Assembly (NCBI RefSeq): GCF_009914755.1
Contig: NC_060939.1
Origin: the human T2T-CHM13v2.0 reference genome, Homo sapiens
Reading direction: 5' to 3' (one strand)
Length of the DNA: 64,000 nt
In this document: one piece after another, positions 39,830 to 55,065 of the stretch
Layout: every line of letters starts with the position of its first letter
Position numbering within the stretch: the first letter of the stretch is position 1
Notes under the pieces: generated by a model
Told to the model about the DNA's origin: nothing
What the model saw: the letters and a program-made list of their open reading frames with translations, nothing else
Database searches by the model: none
Translations under genes and position numbers: made by a program

Positions 39830-41660
39830 ACTAGCAATGTTAAAGCTGAGAAGGTTATGGCATGTGTATCAAAATATTGGTTTTGTAAAGTAGAATAAGA
39901 AAACATATAAATATATTAAAGACAATAGGAGCAAGACTTCTCACTATTGAAGAAGAAAGCTACACATTTAAGAAGTTTGAGGCTAGGTCGAGCCATGTGA
40001 CTGGAATTGAAGGTACTGCTGTGAACTCATGGTTTTAATATAGATAAATCAGTTGAGATGTACCTATATACATAGATTCAAACATCATTTCCTAGATCTG
40101 TCCACTAAGAGAATGTAGAAGCAATGACATTCAAAAACCAAGAAGCACACCTCACATCCAGATCTTGGTTTCTAAAAACCATATCCACCAAGCAAACCAG
40201 GGCTTCTTGGAAAAATGGCTAATTTCAGGGCTGGGATAAGGAAAGTGTAAGAAAAGTCAAAAACATCTTGTTTCAGAAAGTAAGAAAGTATTATAAACTT
40301 ATGGGCATTTGTCCCATAATCCATGTGAAGGGTCCTACTGGCCAAATCTCGAGCATCAAAATAATGATACAACCCAGGAGACAGATAAACCACAGCCCTA
40401 GGACTAAACCAATCAGGCCACTTGTTTTTGTACGTTTCACTAGAACAAGCCACACCTATTCATTTACATACAGTCTGTGGTTATTTCTGCAATACAATGT
40501 CAGAGCTGACTATGTGCAACAGAGACCTTATGGCTCCGTAAGCCTAAAACACTACCTGGCCCTTTGCAAAGAAAGTATGCCAACTGTTGATATAACACAT
40601 TGAATACATGAGTCCATACTGATATAAAAGATGATAGACAGATAGATCAATAAACAGACAGATCGATAGATAGATATAGATAGACAGATAGAGTGGAGTA
40701 GTAAAACAAGTTCTTCCTTACAGTAGATATGCCAACTTAATCAATGTCTTAGAAAACATCATTTGTCAGTCATCATAATAAAGATAATTTTTAGTAAGAA
40801 TCATCAGCACACTAAAACAGGCAGGTGAAACTTTGTTGAGGAACAGGATATTTATATAGTTTCAATGTATTTCTCCATCAAATACTTCTTAACTACCAAA
40901 GAGAAAGAAGTGATTTTTATAATGAAGAAACCTGGAAGATAATACCTTAATCAAATGTTTAAAGTTGACATCACTTGTAAAAGCACAACTCAACATCATG
41001 TGTCTCCTTGACATGATACAAGGAGACAGACAATATGACTTCTGTGTTATTTCTTGTAAAAATGAAAAACCTGCATCATCATGAACAAATAGAAAATTCA
41101 AATTTAAGGGTATTCGAAAAAATAACTGGTCTGTATTCTTCAAAAATGTCAAGGTCCTGAAAGACAAGGAAATAGTAAAAAACTATTCTACATTGAAGAA
41201 CATTAAAAGTAACAAGGCAACTAAGCACAACATATGGTCCTCAACAGACTTAGGACAAAAGAATTTTTTTCCTAGAAAGGACCTTATTACTGTAATTAGT
41301 GAAATTTGAGTGGGGGTCTTTGAATTAGATGATAGTATTGTATTAATGCTAACTTCCTGATATTAATGGATATCCTCTGGTTATTTAACAAAGTGCCTTT
41401 ACCTTTCAGGAAATACACAATAAAGTATTTAGAGGTCAGAGGGTATCATGTCTACAATTTATTATCAATTGATTCAGAAAAAAATATGGGCATGTGTCTG
41501 TAGGTGTGTTTATATATATATAAAAAGAGCATGAGAGAATAGTAAAGCCTAAAGTGGTAAGATGTAAAATATTGAGAATCTACTGAGGGACATATGAGAA
41601 TTCTTTGTGCAATGTTTGCAACTTTGTAACTCTTCTGTAAATTAGAAATTAATATTTTAA
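39830..41660 (+). mobile_element. Old L1MC/L1MD 3' region, interrupted by MER58A and (GATA)n
   Basis: CTTCTTGGAAAAATGGCTAATTTCAGGGCTGGGA, AATAACTGGTCTGTATTCTTCAAAAATGTCAAGGTC, TTGCAACTT..TCTGTAA. Confidence 0.6.
40375..40589. mobile_element. MER58A hAT-Charlie MITE
   Basis: AGCCACACCTATTCATTTACAT...CAACAGAGACCTTATGGC...CCTGGCCCTTTGCAAAGAAAGTATGCCAAC; degenerate TSD atacaacc/atataaca. Confidence 0.7.
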
Positions 41661-41825
41661 GGCAGAAATTATGATGTGTGAATATATGATTTGTTTAGAC
41701 TAGAGAAAACTCTATCATAGAGTAGCATTTAAGAATGAGATCTCTGAGTCAGATAGATATGATCCAAATTTTGGTGCTGGTTGGTTTGCACCAACTTTCA
41801 GTTTCCTAATCTTTAAAATGAGGAT

Positions 41826-41916
41826 GATATCAAAAACAAAGTTACATATAGATGCAGTCTTATGTATGGATATCAAAAACAAAGTTACATATAGATGCAG
41901 TCTTATGTATGGATAT
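41826..41916. repeat. Perfect 43-bp tandem duplication
   Basis: GATATCAAAAACAAAGTTACATATAGATGCAGTCTTATGTATG at 41826-41868 and 41869-41911, followed by GATAT. Confidence 0.95.
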
Positions 41917-42157
41917 GAATATGTCTATTTATCTATAATTATATTATGTTTTTTATATATATATATTACTAAACAAATTAACAGGTAGAGTGCTTGGCAG
42001 AAAAATCCAATACATTTTAGGCATTACCAACTTAAAAGCAATGGAAGAAGCCATAGAAGGACAAAATAACAGATCTGAATATAAATAACTTCTAAAGCCC
42101 CATTAATAAAATAAAAAGAGATAAAAGTAAGCTTGTATAAATATTAAAATAGTAAAA

Positions 42158-42444
<287 letters not shown>

Positions 42445-43367
42445 TTATCAAAGGGATTATTATAAAACTATAATATTCAATGTTATTGTGAGCACGCTAA
42501 AGGAAGTACTCTAACATACTACTGGTAAAACTAAAATAATATGACATTCCTGAAAAAAATTTAAAATATTTGTCATTAGCCCCTTTTTCAGTAATTTTAA
42601 ACAAATCAAAGATGGAGGTAAACACATATATATATGAGAGAATCCTCTAATATGTATAAAATCAAAACTTTAGAAACAATGTAAATGGTACATCCTCTTA
42701 CATTACTACATTGAGCTGAGAAAAGGACAAGATAGAAAAATTGAGAAAATCTCAATTTATAATTAAGAAGTTTAAATATTTTTATATATGTATGCAATGA
42801 GAAACACTGGAAGAAAACATGCCAAAATCGTATCAGTAATTATTCTTGGGGTTTGGGCCATAAATATATATTTTCTTCTGTATTATTTATTTTCTTTTTT
42901 TTGTATAATTAGAAAAACTGGCTATATTTTCAAAACAAAAAAGATATCACAGTGAAGAATTAAATTAGTTTCCACTATACAGTCAGAACAAAGGATAAAT
43001 CTGGAATAAAAATATGAAAACATGTAACAATCTGAAAATGTTGAAAGCAACTGATGTACTAGAACACACTTACCAATATCATTTAACTGTTTTTAATATT
43101 ATAAATGTGTCTTCCTGAATGGAAAAAGGCATACAGGCTAAAATAAAGACTATTGTTGCTTTTTACCTGATTTTATTCCAAAATAATTTAATATTGAAAA
43201 GCCCTAAACTTCTTTACCACAAACAATTCTCAATATGTCAGTTTGCCACATAAGAAAGAAAACATTTCAGTGATTTCATAGTCATGTACACGGCTCACAC
43301 TTTAACAGTACTCAGAATACAGAATATTCATAGGCAAATGTAAATACAGTGGAAGTGTTATACATAC

Positions 43368-43537
43368 CTCATCCTTTAGGTGTAATGCCACTACTGTCAG
43401 CAGGATTAATAACCCAGTAGTAATATTTTAAGGTGTGCATTATCTTTAATAACTGTTCCTATTCTGCGTATGGTGGTGTAGATGGTAGCAGTTCCAATAA
43501 ATTCAGCAGACAAATATGTATATAGGGAAAGTTGAAC
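43368..43537 (-). pseudogene. NBEA-like exon (170 nt) with +1 frameshift and nonsense codon
   Basis: TAG|VQLSLYTYLSAEFIGTATIYTTIRRIGT, +1 nt, MHTLKYYYWVINPADSSGITPKG TGA G|GTATGT. Confidence 0.93.
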
Positions 43538-43713
43538 CTAATACAGAATATTAACAGATCATTAAAATGAACTTAAAATGCCTCAAGTGCTTATATTATA
43601 AATATGCATTGTTTTAATTTAAACGCAAATTAGTAAAGGCCAAGAAATGATCATTTATTAAGAGGTTAAAAATAACTTTCTTCTTCAATATTATTTATAT
43701 TTTAAAAATATAT

Positions 43714-44075
<362 letters not shown>

Positions 44076-45026
44076 CTGCAATTAACGTTTTCTAATAAAC
44101 TTATTATAATAAGGTAGTCTAACAGCTGTGGCAATTAAATAATTTTAAAATGATTAATTTATTGAAATTAATCTGATAAAAAGATTAAAATATTTTAAAA
44201 GTCAACTAAAGCTCTTAAAGTATATTTCAGTAGCTTTCAGTGTATAAATTTCTTCATAGCAACAGAACATCAGTCAGCTAAAGCCTATCTAAAAACCTAT
44301 ATATTTTTGTCATATATCCTAAAAGTTCATGCAATTTCAAATTCTCCTCCCCTGTGGCCATAATATATATAGTTTGATTTCACAATCTGACCATGTGAGC
44401 ACAGAGATGGCATGTCGGACATCTTGCTTAAAAGAGTTCTCAAAATTAAGATTTGGGCTTAGGCAATAATTAATAACTCAGAGAGATATTATTAAACTGT
44501 AAAAGATAGCTCAAAATCAAAATATCCCTCATTATTGATTTCCACTAAGACTAAATTCTGGTATACAAAATAATAAGAAATTTCTGTTATTATCTGGAAA
44601 AATATTTATTTCATGTATATATTTATTTTTAAGTGAGTATTATTTACATGTAATGATATAAATTCTGCCTTCAAAATGAAAGCAATTTTCCAGCAAAATG
44701 ATTACAGTCATAATACAATTAGTTATCTGTTCTCTTTCCTAGTCTTTCAAAAATTGGTATAGCAAATTCTCTTCATTGGAGAAGTATGTATCACATCTAA
44801 AGATGTTAGAATGCAGTGTTACACAAAGATTCTTTTTTACCTATAGTTTCATTTATTTTACTACTTATAAATATTTTGATCTCCTGATACTGCCTAACAC
44901 AATTGCTGCAGATTAACTATAAAATAAGCTAAAATGTTCAAATGTTTTCCACTGGATACTTTAGATCCAGCAACTATAATGTATAACATTACACTAAAAC
45001 AAACTGAGTAAGTATAAAACTCATAC

Positions 45027-45182
45027 CTTTGCAGGTGTATGTATCCAGATGGCTGGGTTAATAAACAAAATATGATCACAAAGCTGCTTCAGCAAAGGTG
45101 CTCCATGAGATAAACCATCAAGGTATTTTGCAAAAGATAAAAATTGCTCCAAGACAGGTCTAGTTATATGAACTCTTGATGA
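45027..45182 (-). pseudogene. NBEA-like exon (156 nt), open frame
   Basis: TAG|SSRVHITRPVLEQFLSFAKYLDGLSHGAPLLKQLCDHILFINPAIWIHTPAK|GTATGA. Confidence 0.93.
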
Positions 45183-45778
45183 CTAAGAAAGAAAACAGAA
45201 ATTCTAGCTTGAAATATCCAGAATATTAAATTGTATAATTTCTGACTTAGCATAAGCACACATGAATTTTTCATATGCTATCACTAATAAATATGAAATA
45301 CATTTATATTATTTGCTATTAAAATATAATTTTATTAAGAGATCTAAAATTTTAGCTATTTCTTTGAGTGATAGCTTGTTATTTGAAGCCTAATCTAAGA
45401 CAATTACAGATAAATAATTCAAGTTAAATAATGCCACTATTAGCTAAAGCTAAAGAAATGAAATGTTATAAGAATGGCTTCATTTCATTTTTTGTAGAAA
45501 TTGACATATAAGAAGAAATCTTAGACATAAAAATAGAGATTGTTTAAAACATGTAAAAATATTGCTTAAAAATATGTAAAATATTGCTTAAAATATTATT
45601 TCCTTGGTCTGCTCTTCATAAATACCGTATCCCTGGATATATTATGCTTTCACAGCTTCATATAACACTATGTCTATGCTGAGTACTCACTTCAAGAATT
45701 TTCAACTGCTATCACCATATACCTATTACCAATGGTATTTAAACAACAGACTCTCCAAAATTGAAACCGAACCTTAAA

Positions 45779-46070
45779 GCTGCACCATCTCATACAGTAG
45801 CCAGAAGCCCTATGTGGCAACTGAGCTGCTGGAATGTTGCAATTGAAAGTGCGATGTGTTGTGAGTATGAAAACACTGGGTTTTTCCAGCTCAGAATATT
45901 TTTAAAAATCGTATTTTCTTATTGAATAGATGTTGAAATAATATTTTACATATTATCAAAATAAAATACTAGACTAAAGACATTATTAAGATTAATATAA
46001 CCTGTAATTTTTTACTGGAAAATATTAAATTGCACCTGAGGTTTGAATTGTATTTTAATTGGACAATGCT
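45779..46070. mobile_element. MER33/MER3-like hAT-Charlie element
   Basis: CAGTAGCCAGAAGCCCTATGTGGC...TGTATTTTAATTGGACAATGCT. Confidence 0.6.
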
Positions 46071-49000
46071 ATCCTAGAATACAATTTCAGATAAAAATGC
46101 TATATTAAAAAATGCTCTTCACAAAAGCTGATAATTCAAACTCAAACTTCAAAAAATATATCTTCCGACACAAATCTTTTCTTCCTCATCTAGTGATACA
46201 GTTTTGTAGTATCACTATCCTTTCAGTCATAGGGTAAAGAATCATGTACCACTCAACCCTAAAGCACACATCACACAACACATCTTTCCTTCCTATTCTT
46301 CACTGACTGAAGTCTGAATATCAGTTTAAGATGATCAAAATTTAAAAGGGATGAAACTGTCTTACCAATTTTACCTCCCATATGATTTAGCTACATTTCT
46401 CATGATCATAAGGACAACTCAATAAATTTGACTTAAGCACATCATGAATTTTCACACTTCTACATAAAAGGTCACAAACTAAAATGATTGCAAATAACTA
46501 ACAACAATGTGTAAACCAGTGTAGGAGACAAAAAAGAGTGGTGAGGAACAAAACTAAACCTTTTTGTTGAGTCCCACAGAATATTACTGTGGGCCAGTTT
46601 CACCCACAGGACACATTTTCTTCCCCTGCTTTCTCTGTCTTGCTCCCCCAGTTTGTAACACCCTTGCATACATTTCCTTTACCTTAAAGGTAGAGCTCAA
46701 GACTTTTATTTTAGTCATTTAGAAAATATACATGCTGATTGCTCACTGTCAGTCAAATACGCTCCCTGGCACTGTCAAAAAAGCAGCTAACAAAATTGAA
46801 GTAAAAACTCTGTCTCACAGAACATATTCTAAGAGATGATAAGGCAGGAACACAGAGTAAATAAAATAAAAATGTACAATATGTAACATGTTAGAGGTTA
46901 CTAAGTTCAATGAAAGAAACTATGGAGCAGATAAAACATTTGTAGAAGAATGGTGAACAGGTTTTACTAAGAAGGGGGCATTTAATTGGTTCAAATTATT
47001 ATAAGGTTACAAATAATTTAGTATTAATATAATAGAATTCTTTGTCTGACAAAATTACCAATGGTGCTTACATAAGCAATAGCCTACAAAATTCAAAGCA
47101 AACCTTAGTACATAATTTTCACTGAAAATTTTATGAAAGATGGTGGAAATTGATCTAAATAAATAGCTGAGTTAATAAAGGAGGGGAACCAAAACAAACA
47201 TTTGAGTTTAAAAAGTAAAGATTGAGTATTCATATTTAAAGGAGTATCAGTGAAAATAATATAGTACTTTAAATTAAAAATATTTTATTTGTAAAGGAAT
47301 AAAATTAAAATAAGAGATCAATAGTTATTTAAAACTTCAGCCAGCTCCTTCACTAAATATAATTTCACATAGCTTATCTTATACATTCTATTTTTATTCA
47401 GTAGTAATGATTTCAAGAACATGATCTGATAACATTGTACTCTCACACTTAAAACTCTAAAATAAAATACAGTCAGATCCTGTTAATAGATAAACATACT
47501 ATGTGACCAGACTGTAGCTCATAAAAATTATTCATCATGTCCTTATAAAGAACATTAACCTGTATTATAAAATCAGGCTGACCATTATAAACATATCCAC
47601 TTGATGAATTCATAATATAGAAACAAGTTTGGAACTTGGACCATGATATTAAAAGGTATACTAAAAGCATCACAAGGCCTTCCACATTACTTAAAAAAAA
47701 ATGGGGGGGCCTGCTGTTTTCACATAACAATTAATGCTGTTGGGTGGCAGATTTTCATTCTAAAATTATTCTTTAGAAAATATTTTATTGTCTTTTTATT
47801 GATCTCCTCAAAATCCTACTATTCTGGATTATAAATAGTGTATAAATGTATAAATGAATATTCTCTTCAACAGCATGTTACCTTTACCTCTTAGAAGTAC
47901 TTATTCCTCCTTCCTTGTATTATTGTTAGTAAAAAAAAAATCTCTCTTTCGTAATATAAGAAAGAATATTATCTTATTCATCTTTTGTCTTCCTGATCCC
48001 TACCCTAATTTCTCAGGGAACATTTAACTGAATTAATGTCAAATTCAAAAATGGAGTAAGAATAGAATAGGTAGGAAAAAACAAAGCCTGGGAAGAGAAG
48101 AAAGAAGATTCTAACTCTGCTTTTAAATGTATTTCATTTGATTAACAGTTTCAAAATATTTTTATATTTTGGTATTTGTTTTCATTTTCTCAAGTAAAAC
48201 TACTTTAAAAACAGATCTACACTTGGATAATTTATAGTTATAAATCTGTAACCTTTAGATGGAACAATTTAAATCTCATAGAAAATGTAAGCCCTGGAAT
48301 TTGATCTATATATTAATTTTATGTGGTGACAGAATACATAATTTTTAAGAAGTACTATAATGTGACATGGCTAACCATATTTGGAAATAATACCTGAGAA
48401 GTTATAAAAATAGTTGCATTATAGCATCCAATCCAGAATTAACTAAACCAAATAGGAGCACTGGCGGTTACAAAGAGAAACTTCTGTTCAATAAAGAGAG
48501 ATTGTTCCAACATTTAGATTAGCCTATAATGGAACAGGTTATCAGAAATGTTCATTTTTATTGTAGAAAGCATTATACATACACACACATATACCCATAA
48601 CATGTATGATTATATATTCAATAAATTGTGTAAAACTATTTTAATTGTAGAGGTACACCATAGTCTATTATCCATTCTGCTCCTCCCAGGACTCCAAGGT
48701 TGTGCTCCAAATAGCCTAATCCAACCAGATTAATCATTTGTTGTTGTTTTGGTGGAGTGATGGGGAGGGTGGCAGGCAATGATTAGTTCAGAGACTCAGT
48801 ATCAAAGTGTAGCATAGCAACAATTGATTCAAAAGAAGGCCAGCCAAGCTCTAAGCTAACCAATCAAATTGGAGAGAAGAATCTTGCTCAGTAATTGACA
48901 GAAAGGAGCTTGCTTTCTTCACCTGGATGTGAAGGTCTATAGCACTAATTCTCTCTGGCAGCCTTGTGACCTCAAACAGTATCAGCTTTAGCATAAAATC

Positions 49001-49939
49001 AACACTGTAGCTGGTACAGCAGAGATATAGATAAAACCTGGGTCTCTGATGACATTATTGAGACTCAGATAACCCAGCCCTGAAACACAACTTATGTTTG
49101 CTGCTTTTCCAACCTTTTGCTGCCTTTCCAACCTCCCTGTCCTGTTTTAATGCTTGAGACGCTCCCTTGCCTACTGGTTTCCAGTTGAGTTTGACTAATT
49201 GAAGACATTAGCAAGAAATTAAGGGACAGAAAGAAAATGAAGTTGGGTATACATTTTCCAGATTTTACCCCTTCAGTACACTTACACTATACTCCTTTCT
49301 TGAAGACCACAGTCCCATCAGGCACCCTTCTTCTATAGCTACAATAACTTTCTCTTTGGGTTATGCTAAACACTTATTCCCCTCATCTCTTCAAATCTTC
49401 CCAAGCTCCCTGCTTTCAACTTTTTGAATACCCTTGCATTAAACTCTTCTCAAAAACCTAGGTTGAGTACGCCATCTGTTTCCTGCCAAGAATATAACTG
49501 ATATGCCATCTAACACTAGACTTTGTTACATTAGTATATTTTCTTAATGTTTAAGATACTTTGAATCAAATTTTCTACCAACCACAATCAAAAATATCCT
49601 ATTGAATATACTGGATAACCTCTAAGTTTTCCACAAGATCATATTTTGGCAAAACAAAACAAAAACACCTTAAAATTTTTTCATGGAACAGTAAAATTGT
49701 TATTAATAAAAGGCCTCGCATATACTATCTTCCTAAGATATCTTCTATGACAAGGAGATATAAAAGCTAAGTGGCAGTTAACCAGTAACCTGTTATTAAG
49801 TTAAGAAATTAAAAAATCAAACTTCTATTACCTATACTATTAATACTAACCTGGCCACTGATTATTTAAAAATAACACAATATGAGCATTCCTCTGAGAA
49901 AGGTAAAAAAGTTACTGTTTCTTAGGTAATCAGACAAGC

Positions 49940-50039
49940 ATGCAAGGACTTTTCATATACTCAATTCAACAACTATTTACTGAGCCCAGCACTGTGCTAG
50001 GTGCTGAAGATATAACAATAAGGGGAGACAAAAAAAAAT

Positions 50040-50117
<78 letters not shown>

Positions 50118-51330
50118 ATATATATATGTATATATTGCCCCTGCTTTCATGAAGCCTACATTCTAGCAGGAGGAGGCAGAAAATTGGTAAAAAATATAAA
50201 ACACGCCAGAATGGTGCTGTAAAATTAGCAGAGTAGGTAAACACTGATGGTTATGGAAGGGATACTAATTTATTTAGAATGATTGGAGAATATTTCTGTG
50301 ATAAGGCATCATACAAGCAAAATCCTGAATGAAGCATAGAATCAAATTCTGTGAGTATCTGAAGAAAAAGTGATGGAAACAATGGGGGAAGTAAATGCAA
50401 AAGTCCTTGGGTAAATTCTTATCATTTTAGTTCTTAAGGGAAAGGCAAAAAGACCTTTGCCTAAAACAGAGAAAGCAAGAGAGTGGGGAGAGATGATGTG
50501 AGGTGTAAGGCTTATGACTTCATTATGAGAAGGATGAAGACTTGAATAAGATTTGGCACATTTTAGGACAACTAGTCTAACTGCAAGTGAAAAACGGACT
50601 GTAGGTAACCAATGGTGAAGGATGATCATGGTTTGAACTAAAATGGTATCAACGGACATAGTAAGGAGTTGAGAAATAATGAGGAAGTAGTAATTGATTC
50701 TGGATATGTTCTGAGAGTAAAACAACATAATTTCCTGAGAGTTTGGATCTAGAGTGCAACAAAAGTAGAGTCAAAAACAATTAACTTTTTGGTTTCAACT
50801 ACTTGTTGAATGGTAATGCCACTAAATAAGACAAACAACTCTGAAGGATGAAAAATTTGAGAGAAAAATCAGTTTGGATAATTTAGTCAAGAAGATTACT
50901 AGAAATCCAAGTGGAACTAAAAACAGGAGAAACAATTGAGGGTAATTAGTATTTACAGGATCACGGGAGCTGTAGAAGTGGATAATCTCAATTAGAGTAA
51001 GGTACTGTGTAGATGGAAAAGTGAAATGCTTTCCAGGATTAATCACTGGGAAAGAAGAGTCATCAGAGTTTATAAAGATGAAGGAGAACTAATGAGAGAG
51101 AATAAGTAAGAGAAAAACAAAGCAAACCATGGCAAAACACAATGCAAGAAAGCATTTCAAGAAGGAAAGACTGTTCAACCGAAATATTCACAGGTCGAAT
51201 AAGATAAGGACTGAGAAATAAACACAGGACAGACTGTGAAGGCCACTGGTGACAAAGACATGAGCCATCTTAAAGGACATGGAAGAACGAAAGACAGGTT
51301 GGAATAGGAATAGATTTAGGAGTAAGTGAG
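49940..51330 (-). mobile_element. L2 LINE remnant with embedded (TA)/(CA) microsatellite at 50038-50134
   Basis: ATTCAACAACTATTTACTGAGCCCAGCACTGTGCTAGGTGCTG L2 3' end, followed by a purine-rich L2 body. Confidence 0.65.
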
Positions 51331-51349
51331 TGTCCAGGAATATAAGGAA

Positions 51350-52440
51350 GGTTTAAAATCTGAAAAATAATCAATGTAATTCACTAAGAAAAATGAGAAA
51401 CATCATACTCATCTCAAATACTGCAGAAAAGATGTTTGATAAAATCCTGTTTATAATAAAGAAAACTCTTAGAAAAATAGAAATAGATAATTCCTTAATT
51501 TAACTAAAAAATCTACAAAAACTAATTATTAAAAATATCATACTTAGTGGCTAATTATTAACAGCATTGCCCATGAGATCAGGAATAAGACAGGGATGGC
51601 CACTATCACAACTTTTATTCAACACTGTACTGGCAGTCTTTAGGTGGCATAACAAGGCAAGGAAAAAAATAAAAAAATAAATATTAGAAAGGAAAAAACA
51701 AAACTATCATTCTCCGATGTTATTATTGTCTACAAAATTTTTTTAGAAAAAATCTACAAATGACTAGATTTAATAGAGGAATAGAAAGATTGGTATATAA
51801 AAGTTCAACATAAATATCAATTATAATTCTATGTACCAGTAACAAATTAAAAATCAAAACTTTTAATTGCTTCTTGGCCTTTTGGGTAAGATCAAGTGCA
51901 AAGAATTAAAATTTTAAGGGCATCAAATAATATCAAATATCTGCAAATAAATCCATCAAAAAGACAGAAACTGTTCTATACAGAAAACTACAGAAGAAAA
52001 TCTAAATTAATAAAAGAATATACCAAGTATATGACTTGAAAGATTCAATATAGGAAAGATGTCAATATAATACAATAAAAATCCTCATGTTTTTTGGTGG
52101 AAGTTGATAAGCTGACATATATGGAAATGCAAAGACTCAGAAATGGCCAAGGCAATCGTCAAGAACAACAGTAAAGCTAGATGACATACTCTTAAATATC
52201 AGGCTGCACTAAAAAGCTATACAAATTAAAATACTGTTGGAATATTACTTAGCAATAAAAAGGAATGAAAAAAATATGCTATAACATGGATGCACACTGA
52301 AAACATTATGCTAAGCAAAATGGACCAAATACAAAAAGACAAATATTGTATGATCCCACTTACATGAAATATTTAGAATAAGCAATTCATAAAGCCAAAA
52401 AGTGAATTATGGATTGACTAGGGGTGGGAATCATGAAGAG
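51350..52440 (+). mobile_element. Old L1M ORF2 fragment plus L1MB-like 3' part
   Basis: GATCAGGAATAAGACAGGGATGGCCACTATCAC..TTATTCAACA; GGAATATTACTTAGCAATAAAAAGGAATGAA. Confidence 0.65.
51866..51900 (+). pseudogene. 3'-truncated U2 snRNA retro-fragment (U2 nt 1-35)
   Basis: ATTGCTTCTTGGCCTTTTGGGTAAGATCAAGTGCA vs U2 ATCGCTTCTCGGCCTTTTGGCTAAGATCAAGTGTA (31/35); degenerate 17-bp flanking repeat. Confidence 0.85.
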
Positions 52441-53418
52441 ATATAGGGAAAATTGGTAAAGGAAATGAATAACAAAGAAGATAAAATATTCATTTTCCAT
52501 AATTATATATGAAAATGTCTAATCTTATTCAAAATCTAGGAAAAGTGCAAATTAAAACCACAATGAAATAATATTTTGCATCCACTAAATTGACATTATA
52601 ATATGAAATATTAACATACATTTTTATTTGAAGGCTTTTACAAATATTTCTAATTATAAGCTAAGTTTTAAGTAAAAGAATGTTTAATTTAGGATTTTCT
52701 GATACATTCTCAAGTAAACAAATGAAAGCACATTTAAAGGGGTAAGTCCTCACAGAAATCCTGTCACACACAGTAATCTTACAAAGGCATTTCATATGTT
52801 ATCGAATTCATGTTAAATGTAGCTTATCATACATCTTCTAAACAATTCTTAATACTCTAGATACAGAAAAAGAGTATTCTCTTATTTTAAAAAATAAACC
52901 AAAGAGCCTTAAGTTCTTAATAATGTTATGGAAAAAATCATCTCAATAAAGAAATGCTACCAATGATCAATCTTAACAATCTACCACTCTTCAATGCTTA
53001 ATCCTTAAGGAAAGGTCAGCACTAGTTTCAAAGACATATTTTTTATATATATAACATATATATGTATAAAGACATGTAATATATAAAATATAGCATATTT
53101 TAGAACTTGACTCTTTTTGTGACTAAATAATATTCAATTGCATGTATATACTACATTTTGTTTGTCCATTAATCAACTGATAACATTTCAAATGTAAAAC
53201 AATTGGAGGTAAAATTAAAACTGCTTCAAAGTATCTTCTCAATTTTTTTCCAGAGGAAATGTATGTTTATCCCTTAGTTGAGATCTCACTTCTATTACTT
53301 TTCAAATAGTCTCATTTTCAGAGCAGCTGAATATTATAGAGTTAACTAACTGATAAGAGGTTTGAGAGTGCTAATAAAGGGCACAGGTATTTGTTATTAA
53401 AAAAAACAGCAACATGCT

Positions 53419-53743
53419 GGCTGGACGCAGTGGCTCACGCCTGTAATCCCAGCACTTTGGGAGGCTGAGGCGGGCGGATCACGAGGTCCGGAGATCGAGA
53501 CTATCCTGGCTAACACGGTGAAACCCTGTTTCTACTAAAAACACAAAAAAATTAGCTGGGCGTGGTGGCAGGCGCCTGTAGTCCCAGCTACTCGGGAGGC
53601 TGAGGCAGGAGAATGGCGTGAACCCGGAAGGCGGAGGTTGCATGCAGTGAGCCGAGATCGCGCCACTGCACTCCAGCCCAGGCGACAGCGAGACTCTGTC
53701 TCAAAAAAATAAATAAATAATAAAAAAATAAAAAATAAAAAAA
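53419..53743 (+). mobile_element. AluY
   Basis: GATCGAGACTATCCTGGCTAACACGGTGAAACCC and GAATGGCGTGAACCCGG; A-rich tail. Confidence 0.93.
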
Positions 53744-54134
53744 CGCTTATTCATGAAATCTCACTAATTTTTAAAGGAAATCACATGATACAACTAAACT
53801 CTTGTGAGATCATAATCAGAAATTCAGCACTCATAAAAGCACAGCTGTGACTAAAGCAAAAGAGGTCATAAAACAACATAAATGACACAAAATAGGAAAA
53901 TGTAAACCCATCTAATTTTTATTGTTTATACTATGTATAGATGAGAAAAACTACTTTAAATAGTCATATATATTAAGAGTAGGGAAAAAGAGCACAAAAT
54001 AATGTTTCTATTACTACAAAATAAAAATTTTGACCGCATAATTAAAAAATAACACAAAACCTAACAGGTAAATCCATGTATACTAAATATAAAGATTTTT
54101 ATCTTAATAAAAAAGACTTTCAAGAAACAGTCTA

Positions 54135-54448
<314 letters not shown>

Positions 54449-54480
54449 GTCTAAGTGAAAAGATAGCAAAGAAACAACTA

Positions 54481-54799
54481 CAGTACTCACTTCTTATCCG
54501 GAGGCGATGCTTCCAAGACCCCTAGTGGATGATATATACGATTTTCAGTCTGAGAACTGAGATAGCTACTAAATGACTAATAGGAAGACAGTGTATACTG
54601 CATGAAAAAGCTGAGCAAAAGGAGGATTCATGTCCGGACTTGATGAAGAGGGACAGTACGAGATTTCATCACTCTACTCAGAACAGCACACAATTTAAAA
54701 GTTATAAATTGTTTATTCCATTTAATATTTTTGAACTGCAGTTGTCCATGGGTAAGTGACACCTTAGAAAGAGAGAGTAGAAATAAAGGGGTACTACTA
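54481..54799. mobile_element. TcMar-Tigger MITE (MER44-like)
   Basis: TA|CAGTACTCACTTCTTATCC...TTCCAAGACCCCTAGTGGATG...GAGATTTCATCACTCTACTCAGAAC...ATAAAGGGGTACTACTA|TA. Confidence 0.75.
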
Positions 54800-55065
54800 T
54801 AGAAAAACTTAAGAGAAATGATACTTATTGCTTGAATAGATATAGATGAAATTTTTTTCTTTAGTTTTTTAATTCAAAATTTAATTATGCTTCCAATACC
54901 CAGTTAATTCCATGTCTACACTTAAATCTAAGGTGTTTGTGAATTAGCAAATAGTATAATCTCTACACAGTCAATGGAAAGTGAAATTATAGAAAAAATA
55001 TAATTAGTGATTGTCAGCTGTCCAACTGTGAGGCTACACAATAAAACCATCAACACATCACCTAC

